A DNA stretch of 53,044 bases. It comes from Mesotaenium endlicherianum (lineage: Eukaryota). Below, in pieces: positions 35,876 to 48,520 of the stretch. A model generated the notes under the pieces. It saw only the letters and a program-made list of their open reading frames with translations, was not told the DNA's origin and did no database searches. The stretch covers positions 1 to 53,044 of the forward strand of contig WELA01000746.1 in the NCBI GenBank assembly GCA_009602735.1, written 5' to 3'. The first letter of the stretch is position 1. Each line of letters begins with the position of its first letter. Position numbers and translations under genes: made by a program.

Positions 35876-38800
35876 TTATGGAGGGACTTCAGCGGCCCGA
35901 AGGTGGAACCGTGTCAACGCCCCTTTGGCATTGGTCAAGTGGTCCTTAAACTCCCAAGTGTCCCCAGAGGCATCGTAACCCTTCCATCGAATAAGGTATT
36001 TTATGACATATTTAGACGATCGACGGACCGAGCGAGCGTCTAAAATCTCATTGACCTCATATTCCTCAGGGTCGCCGTCCCGGAGAGCGGGGACCGGTCT
36101 TGGTTGGACAGGGAACCAACCTGTGAACAGTGTATCACCTTTGATGTACGGTTCCAGGAAGGAGACATTAAAGACCGGGTGCCCCTTGTATTCAGCTGAC
36201 ATGTTCAGTTTGTAAGCATTCTGACCGACACGACGGACCACCGAATATGGACCGACCCAGACAGGGCCAAGCTTTTTCTTGACCACACCAGGGAGGTACA
36301 GGTGCTGAGAATGCAGTTTGACTAAATCCCCCTTGGAAAATGTCAGTTCCCGACGGTGTTGATTAGCGTATTTTTGTTGGTTTTCTTGGGCCGTGTGCAA
36401 GTTTCGTTGGACTTCTGACAGGGTGTCAGCAAACTCCTGAGTTAACTGGAGGGAGACCGGGTTGTCAATCCCTTCAGGGTGAGTTAAAGATTCCCCTAGC
36501 ACATCTAGAGGAGACTTAGGGACTCTACCCAGGCTGAGTTCAAAAGGAGTTTTGCCCGTTGACGCGTGCACCGCACTGTTGACCGCAAACTGAATTTGAG
36601 GCAACAGGTCATCCCAATTATCTTGTTTTTGGTTAATATATGCTCTCAGCACCTCCTGCAGAACTCGGTTAGTTCTTTCAGTCTGCCCATCAGTCTGAGG
36701 GTGGTTTGCTGTGCTGAGCAGCTGTTTGACTCCCATTAACCCCATTAAAGCTCTCCAGAACTTAGAGGTGAATTTTGAGTCTCTGTCTGAGATGATATTA
36801 GAAGGGAGCCCATGTTGGCATACTACATGGTTGTAAAACTGTCTCGCCGTTTCGAGTGCAGTCACTTTAACAATTGTGGGGATAAAAATGACCATTTTTG
36901 TCAGTTTATCCACGACTACCAGTATTGAATCATGCCCGTTGGCAGTTCTTGGTAGTGAGACCACCCAGTCCATGGATATAGTTTCCCAGCGTCCCGCTGG
37001 GATGGGTAGCGGTTGCAAGAGACCTCCGGGTGGTGTGTGCCGAGACTTATTTCTCTGACACTGGTCACAGGACTTGACATATTTCAAGACCTCCCGGGGT
37101 AACCCCTCCCAATGATAATGTTTTGCCAGTTTGCCAACAGTTTTGGCCTGCCCCAAATGTCCACCCAGGAGACTGTCATGAGCTTGACTCAGTAAGAGAG
37201 ACCTTATTTCCAAATTATTAGGAATGACCAGCTTCAGCCTGCCTGAAGTGGTTTCAGTCACCCAGACCCCTCCCTTGAGCTTATACCCGAGTGCGGTAGC
37301 ACGACACATACCAGTAGTGGGGCTGGGCTCAAATGTTGGGTCAGAAAGGTAGGCTTTCCTAAGTTGTTCAAGGAAGGACTTTTTCACCTTTAGTGAAGTG
37401 AGTGCACACAGGACTTTATCTACAGCATGCTGACTAAAGTTCCTTTCTTGCAAGTCAGGTCTTCTAGAGAGTGCATCAGCAGGATTCAACTTCCCTGGTT
37501 TGTAGTCGATCTGGACTTGGAACTGCTCCAGCATCTGGCTCCAGCGGTTCTCCCTCCTCGACAGCTTGGACTTCTTCTGAAAGTGGGTCAGAGCTAGATG
37601 ATCTGTAATCACCTTAAAAGCTTTACCATGTAAGTATGCTCTCCACTGTTTGAGTACATGAATGATAGCTAGCAGCTCTTTATCATGCACTGAGTAATTA
37701 ATCTCCGCTGGATTAAATTTCATAGACTCATACAACACAGGATGCCACTCCTGCCGTACCTTACCATCCTTTGTGGTTTTGTCAGCAGGCTGCAACAAAA
37801 TAGCACCCATGGCAAAATCAGAGGCATCAGTAACCACCTGCACCGGTTTGCTGGGGTCATACACGGCTAGCACTGGGGCAGAACAAAGGGCATCTTTAAG
37901 GGTCTGGAAGGCAGCCTGCTGCTCTTCCCCCCACACATACCCGATGTCTTTCTTAGTAAGGTCAGTCAGTTTACTGGCCTTTGTGGAATAATTCTCAATA
38001 AATCTCCTATAGTAGTTAGCCAACCCGAGGAAGGATCTAACTTCAGAGACAGACTGTGGTACTGGCCAGTCCCTTATGGTCTGGACTTTCTTAGGATCCA
38101 CACTGATGCCCTCTTTACTGACAACGTGGCCTAAGAATTCAATACTTTCCTTAAAGAAATCACACTTGCTCATTTTAGCATACAAGTGATTTTTCCGCAG
38201 AGTGTCCAGCACTTTCTTTAAGTGTTCAGTGTGCTGAGCTTCATCTTTAGAGAAAATTAAAATATCATCCAGGAAAACTTGCACAAACTTATCCAAATAA
38301 GGTCTGAAAATGTCATTCATAGCACCCATAAAGGTAGCAGGAGCATTAGTCAGTCCAAATGGCATCACGTTGAACTCATAGTGTCCATAACGTGTGCGGA
38401 AAGCAGTCTTGTGTTCATCCCCCTCAGCAATTCTGATTTGATGATAACCACTCTTGAGATCTATCTTACTGAACACCTTAGCGCCAGACAGGGTATCAAG
38501 CAAGTCCTCGATTCTGGGTAAAGCATACTTGTTCTTTACTGTAATTCTGTTCAGGGCTCTGTAATCCACACACATCCGCATACTGCCATCCTTTTTCTTA
38601 ACAAATAGGATAGGTGCGCCGTACGGTGATTTACTGGGAGAAATGTAACCATTTTCCTCCAGCTCTGCAATCTGTGTTTTCAACTCCTCACTCTCCAAAT
38701 AAGACAAGCCATACGTGCGTTGCCAGGGTGGCTGGCTACCAGGTAATAAATCAATCCTATGATCTACTTCCCGCTTAGGGGGTAGTCCTGGAGGCATATT

Positions 38801-39685
38801 AAACACATCCGTGTACTGAGCAACAATGTTTGCAGCAGTAGGGTGTTCCGGAGGGTGTACCTTTTTCTCAACCACTTCTTCAGGTTGAGGAGGTACCTCT
38901 CTTAGCAGCAGACAGAACATTCTGTCTTCCTTCTGGTTCCAGCTTTTGACGAACTCCATTGCATTCAGCAACTTGCATCCTTCTGGAAGCCTCTTCTTTT
39001 CCTTCATTTGCCATCCACACAGGACAAGAGGAAGAGCACTGGTGGGTGCCAAGTCAGTCTGCCCATCACTGGCTCCTCTCACTTTAACTGTACCTCTGCT
39101 CCAACACACTTCAACTTGATGTCTATTAAGCCAGCACCTGCCTAGCACGAGATCATAAAAGCAAGTGTTGAGTACCTCAAATGTAAGCGTTTCAGTTAGA
39201 ACTGCAATGCCAGAACCTAACTGGACCTCAATAGGCTTGGTTATAACTCCTCCCGGGATACTTGAGGCATCTCCAAGGAATATTATTCTATTCCCTTGGG
39301 TGACAGTAGGCAGCCTTAGCCGCTTAACTAAGTCCTTGTGGATAAAAGTATGTGACGCCCCTCCGTCAACAAATGCCCTCACCTTCCTACCTGCAATCAT
39401 GCAATGCAGTAGGATAGGGGGGACTGTCTTTTCCTGACTTTCGCATTGTTCTCCTGACGTAGCAAAGAAATGTTGGACATCAGGTGGAACAAGAGCATCC
39501 AGAGTGTGCACTCTCTGGACGTCTATATTGCTGATGGTCTCCTTTATCTGTTTGTCAGGCATGCATAGTGAATCTAGTTCAGCAGGACCCATAATACCTG
39601 CTACGAGGGCAGCTAGTGACGACTCACTATCTCTAGCATCCTCACAGTCAGTAGACTGGATTACTGACTGTTGCTGTCTTTTAAA
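35876..39685 (-). CDS. pol: C1 Pol, intact (PR-RT-RNase H-integrase-chromodomain), likely expressed by -1 frameshift
   Basis: 1238-aa ORF 35876-39592, frame open up to the slippery site; FVDGGAS, FLDD, TDAS, HHCC, D-D-E core (SMDW, SDRD, TERTN), GPY and YEVNEIL...YLIRWKGY...TWE. Confidence 0.96.
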   Translation of the reverse strand, partial: FKRQQQSVIQSTDCEDARDSESSLAALVAGIMGPAELDSLCMPDKQIKETISNIDVQRVHTLDALVPPDVQHFFATSGEQCESQEKTVPPILLHCMIAGRKVRAFVDGGASHTFIHKDLVKRLRLPTVTQGNRIIFLGDASSIPGGVITKPIEVQLGSGIAVLTETLTFEVLNTCFYDLVLGRCWLNRHQVEVCWSRGTVKVRGASDGQTDLAPTSALPLVLCGWQMKEKKRLPEGCKLLNAMEFVKSWNQKEDRMFCLLLREVPPQPEEVVEKKVHPPEHPTAANIVAQYTDVFNMPPGLPPKREVDHRIDLLPGSQPPWQRTYGLSYLESEELKTQIAELEENGYISPSKSPYGAPILFVKKKDGSMRMCVDYRALNRITVKNKYALPRIEDLLDTLSGAKVFSKIDLKSGYHQIRIAEGDEHKTAFRTRYGHYEFNVMPFGLTNAPATFMGAMNDIFRPYLDKFVQVFLDDILIFSKDEAQHTEHLKKVLDTLRKNHLYAKMSKCDFFKESIEFLGHVVSKEGISVDPKKVQTIRDWPVPQSVSEVRSFLGLANYYRRFIENYSTKASKLTDLTKKDIGYVWGEEQQAAFQTLKDALCSAPVLAVYDPSKPVQVVTDASDFAMGAILLQPADKTTKDGKVRQEWHPVLYESMKFNPAEINYSVHDKELLAIIHVLKQWRAYLHGKAFKVITDHLALTHFQKKSKLSRRENRWSQMLEQFQVQIDYKPGKLNPADALSRRPDLQERNFSQHAVDKVLCALTSLKVKKSFLEQLRKAYLSDPTFEPSPTTGMCRATALGYKLKGGVWVTETTSGRLKLVIPNNLEIRSLLLSQAHDSLLGGHLGQAKTVGKLAKHYHWEGLPREVLKYVKSCDQCQRNKSRHTPPGGLLQPLPIPAGRWETISMDWVVSLPRTANGHDSILVVVDKLTKMVIFIPTIVKVTALETARQFYNHVVCQHGLPSNIISDRDSKFTSKFWRALMGLMGVKQLLSTANHPQTDGQTERTNRVLQEVLRAYINQKQDNWDDLLPQIQFAVNSAVHASTGKTPFELSLGRVPKSPLDVLGESLTHPEGIDNPVSLQLTQEFADTLSEVQRNLHTAQENQQKYANQHRRELTFSKGDLVKLHSQHLYLPGVVKKKLGPVWVGPYSVVRRVGQNAYKLNMSAEYKGHPVFNVSFLEPYIKGDTLFTGWFPVQPRPVPALRDGDPEEYEVNEILDARSVRRSSKYVIKYLIRWKGYDASGDTWEFKDHLTNAKGALTRFHLRAAEVPP
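39644..39685 (-). promoter_or_regulatory. Putative -1 ribosomal frameshift signal in C1
   Basis: T_TTA_AAA, 7-nt spacer, perfect 10-bp stem ACAGTCAGTA / TACTGACTGT with 8-nt loop. Confidence 0.8.
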
Positions 39686-41138
39686 GGCTGGTCTTTTCTC
39701 TCGACCTTAGGCAGGTGCTTGACCGGACACTGTTCTCTGTAGTGGCCTTTCTGCTGACAATGGTAGCAAGTAGATTTCGCTGAGGCTGGTCTCGGCTTAG
39801 TCCTACCACCACCTCTTCCATAGCCACCTCGAGAGGGACCACCTCTACCCCTAGACTGAATAGCATTGTACTCTTACTCATATTCATCACCCTGATTATC
39901 CTCGGCCTGGTCTCCTTCAACAGCATTGTAGGAACCGTGGGGCTTTTTGACAATCTTAGACACCAAAGCGTTACTCTGGCGCTTGTGATTGAACTGCTGC
40001 TGATCCCAGGCGTTAGCATCCTGGATCAAGTCAGCCAGTTTCTCATACTTTTTCTCAGCAAAATGACCAGAGACCTCTGATTTCAAGCCATACTTGAAGT
40101 ATGCTATCCTATACCGTTCTGGCAAATCCGGCTGCTTCATCATGTTCTCTTGGAACTTTTGAGCAAACTCAGCAACTGAAGTGGTCTGCTTCAGTGTCAG
40201 GGAGATCATCGCATAGATAGCTTTCTCCTGCTGGTTGATGACATCAAACTTCTCATGCAACTTCTCGACAAACTCTACGCACATAGGGTCACCGAGTTGC
40301 CGAGCCTTACGCTCTTCCTTCGAGTAAAGCCACCAGTCTGCGGCACTGCCTTTCAGTAGCGCACCGGTGTGCGTGACCTTCTCGTAATCTTGCAGTTCTG
40401 GGTAGTTCTCCAGCCACTGCTCAACATCCGCGAGAAACTTGATCAGATAATATTTTCTGTTTCCCTCAGGATCATAGTCCTGAGGAGGTTTCGGCTTGGG
40501 CTTACTAGGCCCTCGGCCACCACCACTAGTGGTGTGAGACCCCAGTTGGTCTCTGTCCCGGAGTAGGGACATTATGATTCTTTTGTCCTCCTGCTGGGAC
40601 TGATACATGGTCGCCATTTGCAACTGCATCTGAACGAACAATGCTCCCAAGTCTACATTTTGGGGTGGTAGATTAGCAAATGCAGCAGCAGCATTGGCAT
40701 CTACTCGCTGAGTAGTGTCCTCAACAATCCCTCTTGCTCCTGCAGCAGCAATTCCTGCCGCATTCCGCCAGTCATGTATTTGACCTAGGGGTACATTGAG
40801 TTGTACGGCAGGAGGTGGGTTCAGAACATTGGCCCTTGATGCCATAAGTTCTTCAACAGTGTGCTCGTCAGCTGGCTGTCCTTCCCTCCTTTGTATATCT
40901 TCAGCGGCCTTTGCTACTTGTTCAGCTTCTAGTCTGGCTATCTCCTCCTCAGCTTGCTGAGCTGCGACTGAGGCAATAGCAGCTGCCTCATCTGCAGCCT
41001 CCCTAGCTGCAGTTTCCGCTACTGCTTCCGAATAGGTACGGTTTCCCGCTACTGACTTTCCGCCTGGTCTTCGACATTCTCGTTATCCTGGTTCTCCATG
41101 TCTCGGGAGTTGCTAGTTTGAGACCTTGTCCTTACCAT
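39661..41138 (-). pseudogene. gag: C1 gag with a 1-nt deletion near 41053 and a premature TAA at 39874
   Basis: Comparison with C3 gag (CAT GTA vs CA GTA; TAT vs TAA); [23 protein letters not shown] tract and CCHC knuckle. Confidence 0.9.
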
Positions 41139-44097
41139 ACAAAGAAGACTGTGATAACTGCTCCGATACCACTGAAATGAATCGACTTACCAAATAGGCG
41201 ATTAGTACTTAGTAAAGATCTTTATATCAGCAAGTAATCTTTATGGTATTTCCGTTAACTGGTTAAACGGCAAAGGACAATACACTAGCAAGGAATAATA
41301 CTCGTAAGTCAAATGCGAGTAACCTAGCATCAATGATGCAACTCAGTAAACTCAAACATAAGCAAGGTTAGAAGACAGTGCGTATCAATGGCTTCTCGCC
41401 TTGGATTCAGACCTCTCTCAGTAAGCTGTACAAGAGAGTTGGCCTCGTTTCCGAATGCCGAACTCGAGGGCAATGCCTAACATATGTACATGGAATGAGT
41501 TTACTGTTCAACGGTCAGTGCGATGGCACCGCCTACTTGGGAGTTAATTACGTTGGTAGGACCTCGGTTAACCAAATCCACCGCGATCTCCCATCATCCC
41601 GAATAGCCATCCATCATAGGGATGTCATCTGGCTATTCATCTAGCATATCGCACTTAGATGCATATCAAGGCAGTTCGCTGCTACCGAGTACAGAAGTCA
41701 GCTTGCTGTCAAAGAATGTGTCAGCAAGCTGACTTATATGGACTTTCAGCCTGCTGCTTTTTACTGAGTCATTAAACTGATAATTATGTAAAGTTTAGCA
41801 GACTGACTATTAACTAAAGTTCAGCGCGCTGAACTTATTTAACTATTATATTTAAATGAATATTATATCCACTAATATACTGATTCATTACAGTTTGCCC
41901 ATCAGTGGCTTTTCTCACTTTAACTGTACCTCTGCTCCGACACACTTCAGCTTGATGTCTGTTAAGCCTGTACCTGCCTAGCACAAGATCATAGAAGCCA
42001 GTGTTGAGTACCTCGAATGTAAGCGTTTCAGTTAGAACTGCAATGCCAGAACCTAATTGGACCTCAATAGGCTTGGTTATAATTCCTCCCGGGATACTTG
42101 AGGCATCTTCAAGAAATATTTTTCTATTCCCTTGGGTGACAGTAGGCAGCCTTAGCCGCTTAAGTAAGTCCTTATGGATACAAGTATGTGACGCCCCTCC
42201 GTCAACAAATGCCCTCACCTTCCTACTTGCAATCATGCAATGCATTAGGATAGAGGGGACTGTCTTTTCCTGACTTTCGCATTGTTCTCCTGACTTAGCA
42301 AAGAAATGTTAAACATCAGGTGAAACAAGATCATGAGAGTGTGCACTCTCTGGGGATCTATATTGCTGATGGTCTCCTTTATCTGGTTGTCAGGCATGCA
42401 TAGTGAATCCAGTTCAGCAGGACCCATAATACCTGCTACGAGGGCAGCTAGTGACAACTCACTATCTCTAGCATCCTCACAGTCAGTGGACTGGATTACT
42501 GACTGTTGCTGTCTTTTAAAGGCTGTTCCTTTCTCTCGACCTTTGGAAGGTGCTTGACTGGACACTGCTCTCTGAAGTGGCCCAATTGCTGGCAATGGAA
42601 GCAAACAGACTTTGTTGAGGCTGGTCTCGGCTTAGTCCTACCACCACCTCTTCCATAGCCACCTCGAGAGTAACCACCTCTGCCTCTAGACTGTGTAGCA
42701 TTATACTCATACTCGTACTCATCACCCTGATCATCCTCAGCTTGGTCTCCTTCAATTGCATTGTAGGAACCGTGGGGCCTTTTCACAATCTTAGACACCA
42801 AAGCATTATTCTGGCGCTTGTGATTGCTGCGGATCTCAGGCATCAGCGTCCTGGATCTATTCAGCAAGTTTCTCATACTTCTTTTCAGCAAAATGACCAG
42901 AGACTTTGGATTTCAAGCCATACCTAAAGTATGCTATCCTATAGCGCCCTGGCAAGTCTGGTTGCTTCATCATGTTCTCTTGGAACTTCTGAGCAAACTC
43001 AGTGACTGAAGTGGTCTGCTTCAGTGCCAAGGAGATCGTTGCATAGATAGCTTTCTGCTGCTGATTAATGATATCAAACTTCTCAAGCAGTTTCTCGACA
43101 AACTCTACCCAAGTAGGGTCACCAAGTTGCTGAGCCTTGAGCTCTCCTTTCCAATACAGCCACCAGTCTGCTGCACTGCCTTTCAGTAGAGCACCAGTGT
43201 GCCTGACCTTCTCGTAATCCTGCAGCTCTGGGTAGTTCTCCATCCACTGCTCAACGTCAGCGAGAAACTTGATCAGGTAATACTTTTTGTTTCCTCAGGA
43301 TCATAGTCCTGGGGAGGTTTCAGCTTAGGCTTACTAGGCCCTCTGCCACCACCACCAATGGTTTGAGAACCCAGTTGGTGTCTGTCCCACAGCAGGGATA
43401 TTATGATTTTCTTGTCCTCCTGTTAGGACTGATACATGCTCACCATTTGCGATTGCATTTGCATAAACAATGCTCCCAAATCTACGTTCTGAGGTGGGAG
43501 TCTAGCAAATGCAGCAGCAGCAGTGGCATCCAATTGCTGAGTAGTATCCTCAACAGTCCCTCTCGCTCCTGCAGCAACAATTCCAACCACATTCAGCCGG
43601 TCACAAATTTGACCTAGAGGCACATAGAGCTGTACAGCAGGAAGTGGGTTCAGAACATTGGCCCTTGCTGCCATGAGTTCTTCGACAGTGCGCTCGTCCG
43701 CTGGTTGTCCTTCCCTCCTTTCTGTATCCTCAGCAGCTTTTGCTAATCATTCAGCTTCTAATTCGACTTTCTTCTCCTCAGCCTGCTAGACTGCAACCGC
43801 AGCAACAGAAGCTGCCTCTTCTGCAGCTTCTCTAGCTGCAGTATCTGCCTCTGCTTCAGAATAGGTACAGGTTCCCGCTACATGGCTTTAAGTCTGGTTT
43901 TCAACATTCTCGTTATCCTGGTTCTCCATGTCTCGGGAGTTGCTAGTTTGAGACCTTGTCCTTACCATACAAAGAACACTGTGATAACTGCTCCGATACC
44001 ACTGCAATGAATCGGCTCACCAAATAGGCGATCAATAATTAATGAAGATCTTTATATCAGCAAGTAATCTCTATGGTATTTTCGATTAATTGCTTAA

Positions 44098-47000
44098 CAC
44101 TAGGTATCCCATCGGACCATATATGGTCCTCAGACCATATAAGGTCTAGCTTACCCCCATTTTTCAGCGCTGACCTCCAGGGTGCTACGGTTGACCAAAT
44201 GGTACAATCTATGGCTCAAACGAACCGTACAAACTTGAACCTTAGGCCAAAAAATGCAAAATGGTCTTCCAATCATTAACGACAAAGTTAGAGTCAAAAG
44301 AGTGACGTTCAAAGTTCAGGTTCACAGCGAAATTTCAAGTGAAAAGTCTGTCACACCCGAGGTCACTAAAAAGCTCTTAGAGCCATGGCTTCTTCTTCAA
44401 ATGCGCCAAAAATTGTTGTGGGTGGTAAATTACTCATCCCTGCCACCTTCTGGGGAGATGCATGGACGAAGAAGACATTTGGACACTATTACATAGAGTT
44501 TTCTTAGTCGGAATTGTGAGAAAAGAGGTTGTGAGGACTAAAAAGGAGAACTCATGGCTCATAGAAGTGTTGTATGACAAAGAAAAGAAGCAATGGGAGG
44601 CATGGCAGGTCTGGCAGTACCTATCTACTGTGCGTGAAGAGTCCTGGTTTTATTCCGAGCCGCATGTAGTTCGTTATGGCTCGGTTTCCTCAGGGGCCTC
44701 TTTACTTGCAAATTCTAGGGAAGCTGGCAGTCAAGGTATGATTTCTTCCTCCCAAGACTCGAACGATGACTCCCAGCCAAGATCTAATGATGCTGATGAG
44801 GAGGAGGAGGAGGAGGAGGAGGAGGAGGAGGAGGACGAGGATACTATGAGGAAGAAGGGTTGGCCTGACACCGAAAAGGGTAAGCAGGTGCTGCTTACTA
44901 TTCCTATAGATAGACATGAGAAAAGAGAGAGGAGGAGGACGGCCAAACTAAGTCAGAAGAAGAGGAATAGCAGCAAATATAAGAAGGTTGCAGGTGTCAG
45001 TGATGAGGAGCTGCATTCCTCTGATGGTGAGTTGGAAGAAGAAGGAGATCCCCTGGAGGAGGAGCACCTTCGGAAACGTACAGCTGAGGAGGAGTACAAC
45101 TGGAGACCTCCAGTTCATGGTGAGAAGTATCCATGGAGGCAGCAGCCAAGTGGCTCTTCAATCTCTGGACTGAGAGGTGTCAATCCTAAGATATTTCTGA
45201 AGTACACTCTCTTTGCTGTGCTGTGCCTGTTCATAGGCATAGATTGCTTTGAACCGCTTGTCAATGAGAAAAATGCATATGCAAACTTGAACAAGGCCAA
45301 AGATTAGAAGCCGGTTACTCTCACTGAGATGGTTGTTTGGCATGGTCGTTACCTTGCCATGGCCCTGAACCCTCTGCCTAGAATACCTTATTATTGGAGG
45401 TCTGATACAAGTGGACCTATCAGGTTTCCTTCCTTTGGAACCTTCATGTCCAGGAACAGGTGGCAGCAGATAAAAGGATATTTTCACCTCAAGTCAAACT
45501 TGGGTAGGGAGTGCTTTCCTAAGACCTCTGGGACCTACAGGCTGTGGCAGTGTCTGCGTGTCATAGGTAGGTTGAGGCACAAGTTCAAAGCCCACTACAA
45601 TCTTGGGCATGACATAACAATAGACGAGAGGTTGATCCCCCTTGGAAATAGAAGTTGCCCTGTGAGAGTGTACATGCCAAAGAAGCTACGATATAGAGTT
45701 GTTTGTGGCCTGTGATAGTACAAGTTACTACTGCTATGACTTCACAGTGTTTGATAAAGAGCCTGGCAGGTCACAGGTTGTTACTGTTTTAGACTTGATT
45801 GAGGGTCTGCCAGACAAACCGACTTACTCTTTTGTCCTGGACAGAGGCTTCACATCGCCGACACTCTTGAAAGTCCTAGGTGAGAGAGGTCATGTAGCAA
45901 CTGGCACAGTTATGCCAAATAGAAAAGACATGCCTAAGACCCCAGATGGTAAAGGAAGTGCCTTGGTATTGCCCATCCCAAGAGGTCAGAAAAAACCAAC
46001 TCAGGGAGACTATATGGCTCTTGTGTGTGATTACCCTAGGCTGATTGCTATGGTCTGGCAAGACAAGATGCTAGTGCACTTTCTGTCCACAGCTGCTGGT
46101 CTTGAGGTGAATGAAGTTGAGAGGAGCCAGAGTGATGGGAGTTTGAAGACCATAAGTGCTCCAGACATTGTGGTGCACTACAACAAACACAAAGATGATG
46201 TCGATCAATTCGACAAACTCTGTCTGAGAGATGACTATTCTGTCGAGAGTGCTGCTGTCAGCTTCAAGTGGTGGCATAAACTATATTGGGGTCTGTTTGA
46301 TGCTGCCCTGGCCAACGCCTACATCCTGTACAACCTGGCCCATCCTGAGAGTGATAGGTTTCCCTTCATGTTAGATGTTGTCGCGAAGATGACAGACTTT
46401 CATGATCCACATGAGGGGAGGCGCTTTCGCTGGAGTGCGGGGCGGGCTGGAATGGACAAGTTCCTAGGGAGACACTTCCCTGAACACGTTCCAGGAGGCT
46501 CTAGACTAGGGTGTGTAGTGTGCAGGAGCAAGCTGTATGACCTAGGCCATGAGAAGAGTAAGGTGAGGCCTAGCTATTGGTGCGCGACGTGTGGAGTAGC
46601 GCTTTGCCCCGCGCCTTGCTTTGAGGAATACTATACCAACAAGCACATAGCACATGTAGATAGTGGCCCCTACAGGCTGAGTAGCACTACCAAGTAGGAT
46701 TGTAGAGCAAAGGACCTGCAACAAAAACATATATAAAAGACATTGTGCTCCATAAACAGTTCAGCTTCATGTGTGCAAAGTTGTCGATTTTGCAATATTT
46801 AGCAATTAATAATTCATTTTTATTCATTTTAATTCATTATTTTGTATATGAATATTTTTTTGTAAGTAAAGTAAGACCTTACTTTCAAGCTCCACTTTAC
46901 AGATTACTATTTGCATGTGTAAAGAATAAATTATGAATTATTAACTGTGATGCTTTGTTACATGAGGCACTAAAAAGTACAAAAAATACCCGGACCCCAT

Positions 47001-47375
47001 ATGGTCCACTAAGTACAGAGTGTGCCTGCACAAAGCTATTGATTAGAATGAAGCGAAATCTGTTTCATATGATAGGTAAGACACAACCCTACCCCAGATT
47101 ATATCAACAACCACTGGTTCAAATCCAAACTCATAGTGTGTGAAGTCAAAGTTGGCCCTATTGGCTCGTTTCTTGTTACCGTACACACTTTGTACGGAAA
47201 GTACACCTTACCTTTCCAAAAATTGCGGGCCACATGGCCAGTGCAATACCTTGTGATGTAAGCTCTCCAATGGTCTATTACACATAGTCATAGCTTCAGT
47301 GGTTATTTCAATATATTGTGACTTAGGGGGTGCATTATTGGACCATATATGGTCTTTTCCTTGGGAGACCTAGTG
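44098..47375 (+). mobile_element. Full-length piggyBac pB-A inserted in the C2 5' LTR
   Basis: TTAA at 44094-44097 and 47376-47379; TIRs CACTAGGTATCCCA / TGGGAGACCTAGTG; LTR sequence rejoins across it. Confidence 0.96.
44385..46697 (+). pseudogene. piggyBac DDD transposase, ~770 codons, two frameshifts and one stop
   Basis: ATG 44385; frameshifts near 44500 and 45690; TAG at 45305. Catalytic motifs ITIDERLIP (45623), VLDRGFTS (45840), VDQFD (46203); C-terminal CVVC...CATC...C...C Cys-rich domain. Confidence 0.93.
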
Positions 47376-47989
47376 TTAATCAGCAAAAGACAACACACTA
47401 GCAGTGGACAATACTCACAAGTCAAATGCAAGTAGACTAGCATCAGTAATGCGATCAGTAAACTCATACATAAGCAAGGCTAGAAGACAGTGCGTACCAA
47501 TGGCTTCTCGCCTTGGATTCAGATCTCTCTCAGTCAGCTGTACAAGAGAGTTGGCCTCGTTTTTGAATGCCGAACTCGAAAGCAATACCTAGCATATGTA
47601 CATGGAATGAGTTTACTGTTTAAAGGCAAGTGCGATGGCACCACCTACCCGGGAGTTAACCACGTTGGTAGGACCGACCACATCCACCACCATCTCCCAT
47701 CATCCCGAATCGCCATCCATCCTAAGGATGTCATTTGGCCATTCATCTAGCATACCACACTTAAATGCATATCTAGGCAGTTCGCTGCTACCGAGTACGG
47801 TAGTCAGCTGCCTGTCAAACAATGTGTCAGCAAGCTGACCTAAATTGACTTCAACCTGCTGCTTCGGGCTGAGTCATTAAACTGATAAAGTCTAGCAAAT
47901 TGAATATTAACTACAGCTCAGCAGGTTGAACTTTATTAATTATCATATTTAAGTAAATATCATATCCACCAATATATTGATTTATTACA

Positions 47990-48520
47990 TCGGACCAGCT
48001 GTACAGCCAGGTGCACGAGCACGTGCAGTTGCTGCTGCAGGTGCATGCCCTGAGCGCGGCGGAGGTGCCCCTGTAAGACGTGGTGCGCGCCACCGCCGCC
48101 CTCGTCCAGCAGCTGGCGGGCGCGCGCCTGGCAGCCCTGGCTAGCGGCGGCCCGCCGCATGCGCCCGTGTGCTTCCACCCGTGCTGCATGCTGTCGTCCA
48201 TGGATAACCCTAAGGGGCCCGCCCAAAACGCTGCCGCCCGCATGGACCTTCAGCATGCACTGGCCGATACTCCCCGACTGCCGCACCCACCCCCCATCCC
48301 CCTCTTCCTGCTCTGCCTCAGTCAGCAGCAGCACGGGCGAGCACGCAGGTGCGCATGCAGCAGCCCACACGTGTGGACTTACGGGGGGAGGAGAGGGCGT
48401 GCATGGTTTCCTCTGGACAGGTGGGACAGGTGGCGGCCGCTGGTGCAGGCGCTCGTGCACATGGTGCTAGATGTGGCGCCCCTATGCTTCGTCCTCTCCT
48501 TGCAGGGCCTCCAGCATGGT
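47990..48520 (+). pseudogene. DUO3: Host gene fragment resembling DUO POLLEN 3 / GON-4-like, in-frame stop at 48074
   Basis: GC-rich. Translates QLYSQVHEHVQLLLQVHAL...PVCFHP...WRPLVQALVHMVLDVAPL, resembling recalled plant DUO3-family blocks (QLxxLIHEHVQLLIQV, CFxP, W.P....V.SILDVAPL) in the same order. Not database-checked. Confidence 0.7.

Larger units (their letters stand above)
33103..41892 (-). mobile_element. Full-length Ty3/gypsy chromovirus C1 with an additional 3' ORF region
   Basis: LTRs 33103-33820 and 41173-41892 (about 22 substitutions and one 2-bp indel by eye); TSD GTTTG at 33098-33102 and 41893-41897; PBS 41160-41171; PPT 33821-33835. Confidence 0.97.
32870..47989 (-). mobile_element. 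Degenerate, 3'-truncated gypsy element C2, host of C1 and a piggyBac
   Basis: 5' LTR 44003-47989 split by piggyBac; PBS 43990-44001; broken gag 43968-42496; protease region 41893-42500 continues at 32870-33102. Confidence 0.9.

Noticed and set aside
35797..35878. Hammerhead ribozyme in the branched structure after pol
   Set aside because: No CUGANGA/GAAA core in the right arrangement on either strand.
39355..39375. Protease motif DGGA and RT motifs FLDD/FIDD
   Set aside because: These variants are common in plant-lineage Ty3/gypsy elements.
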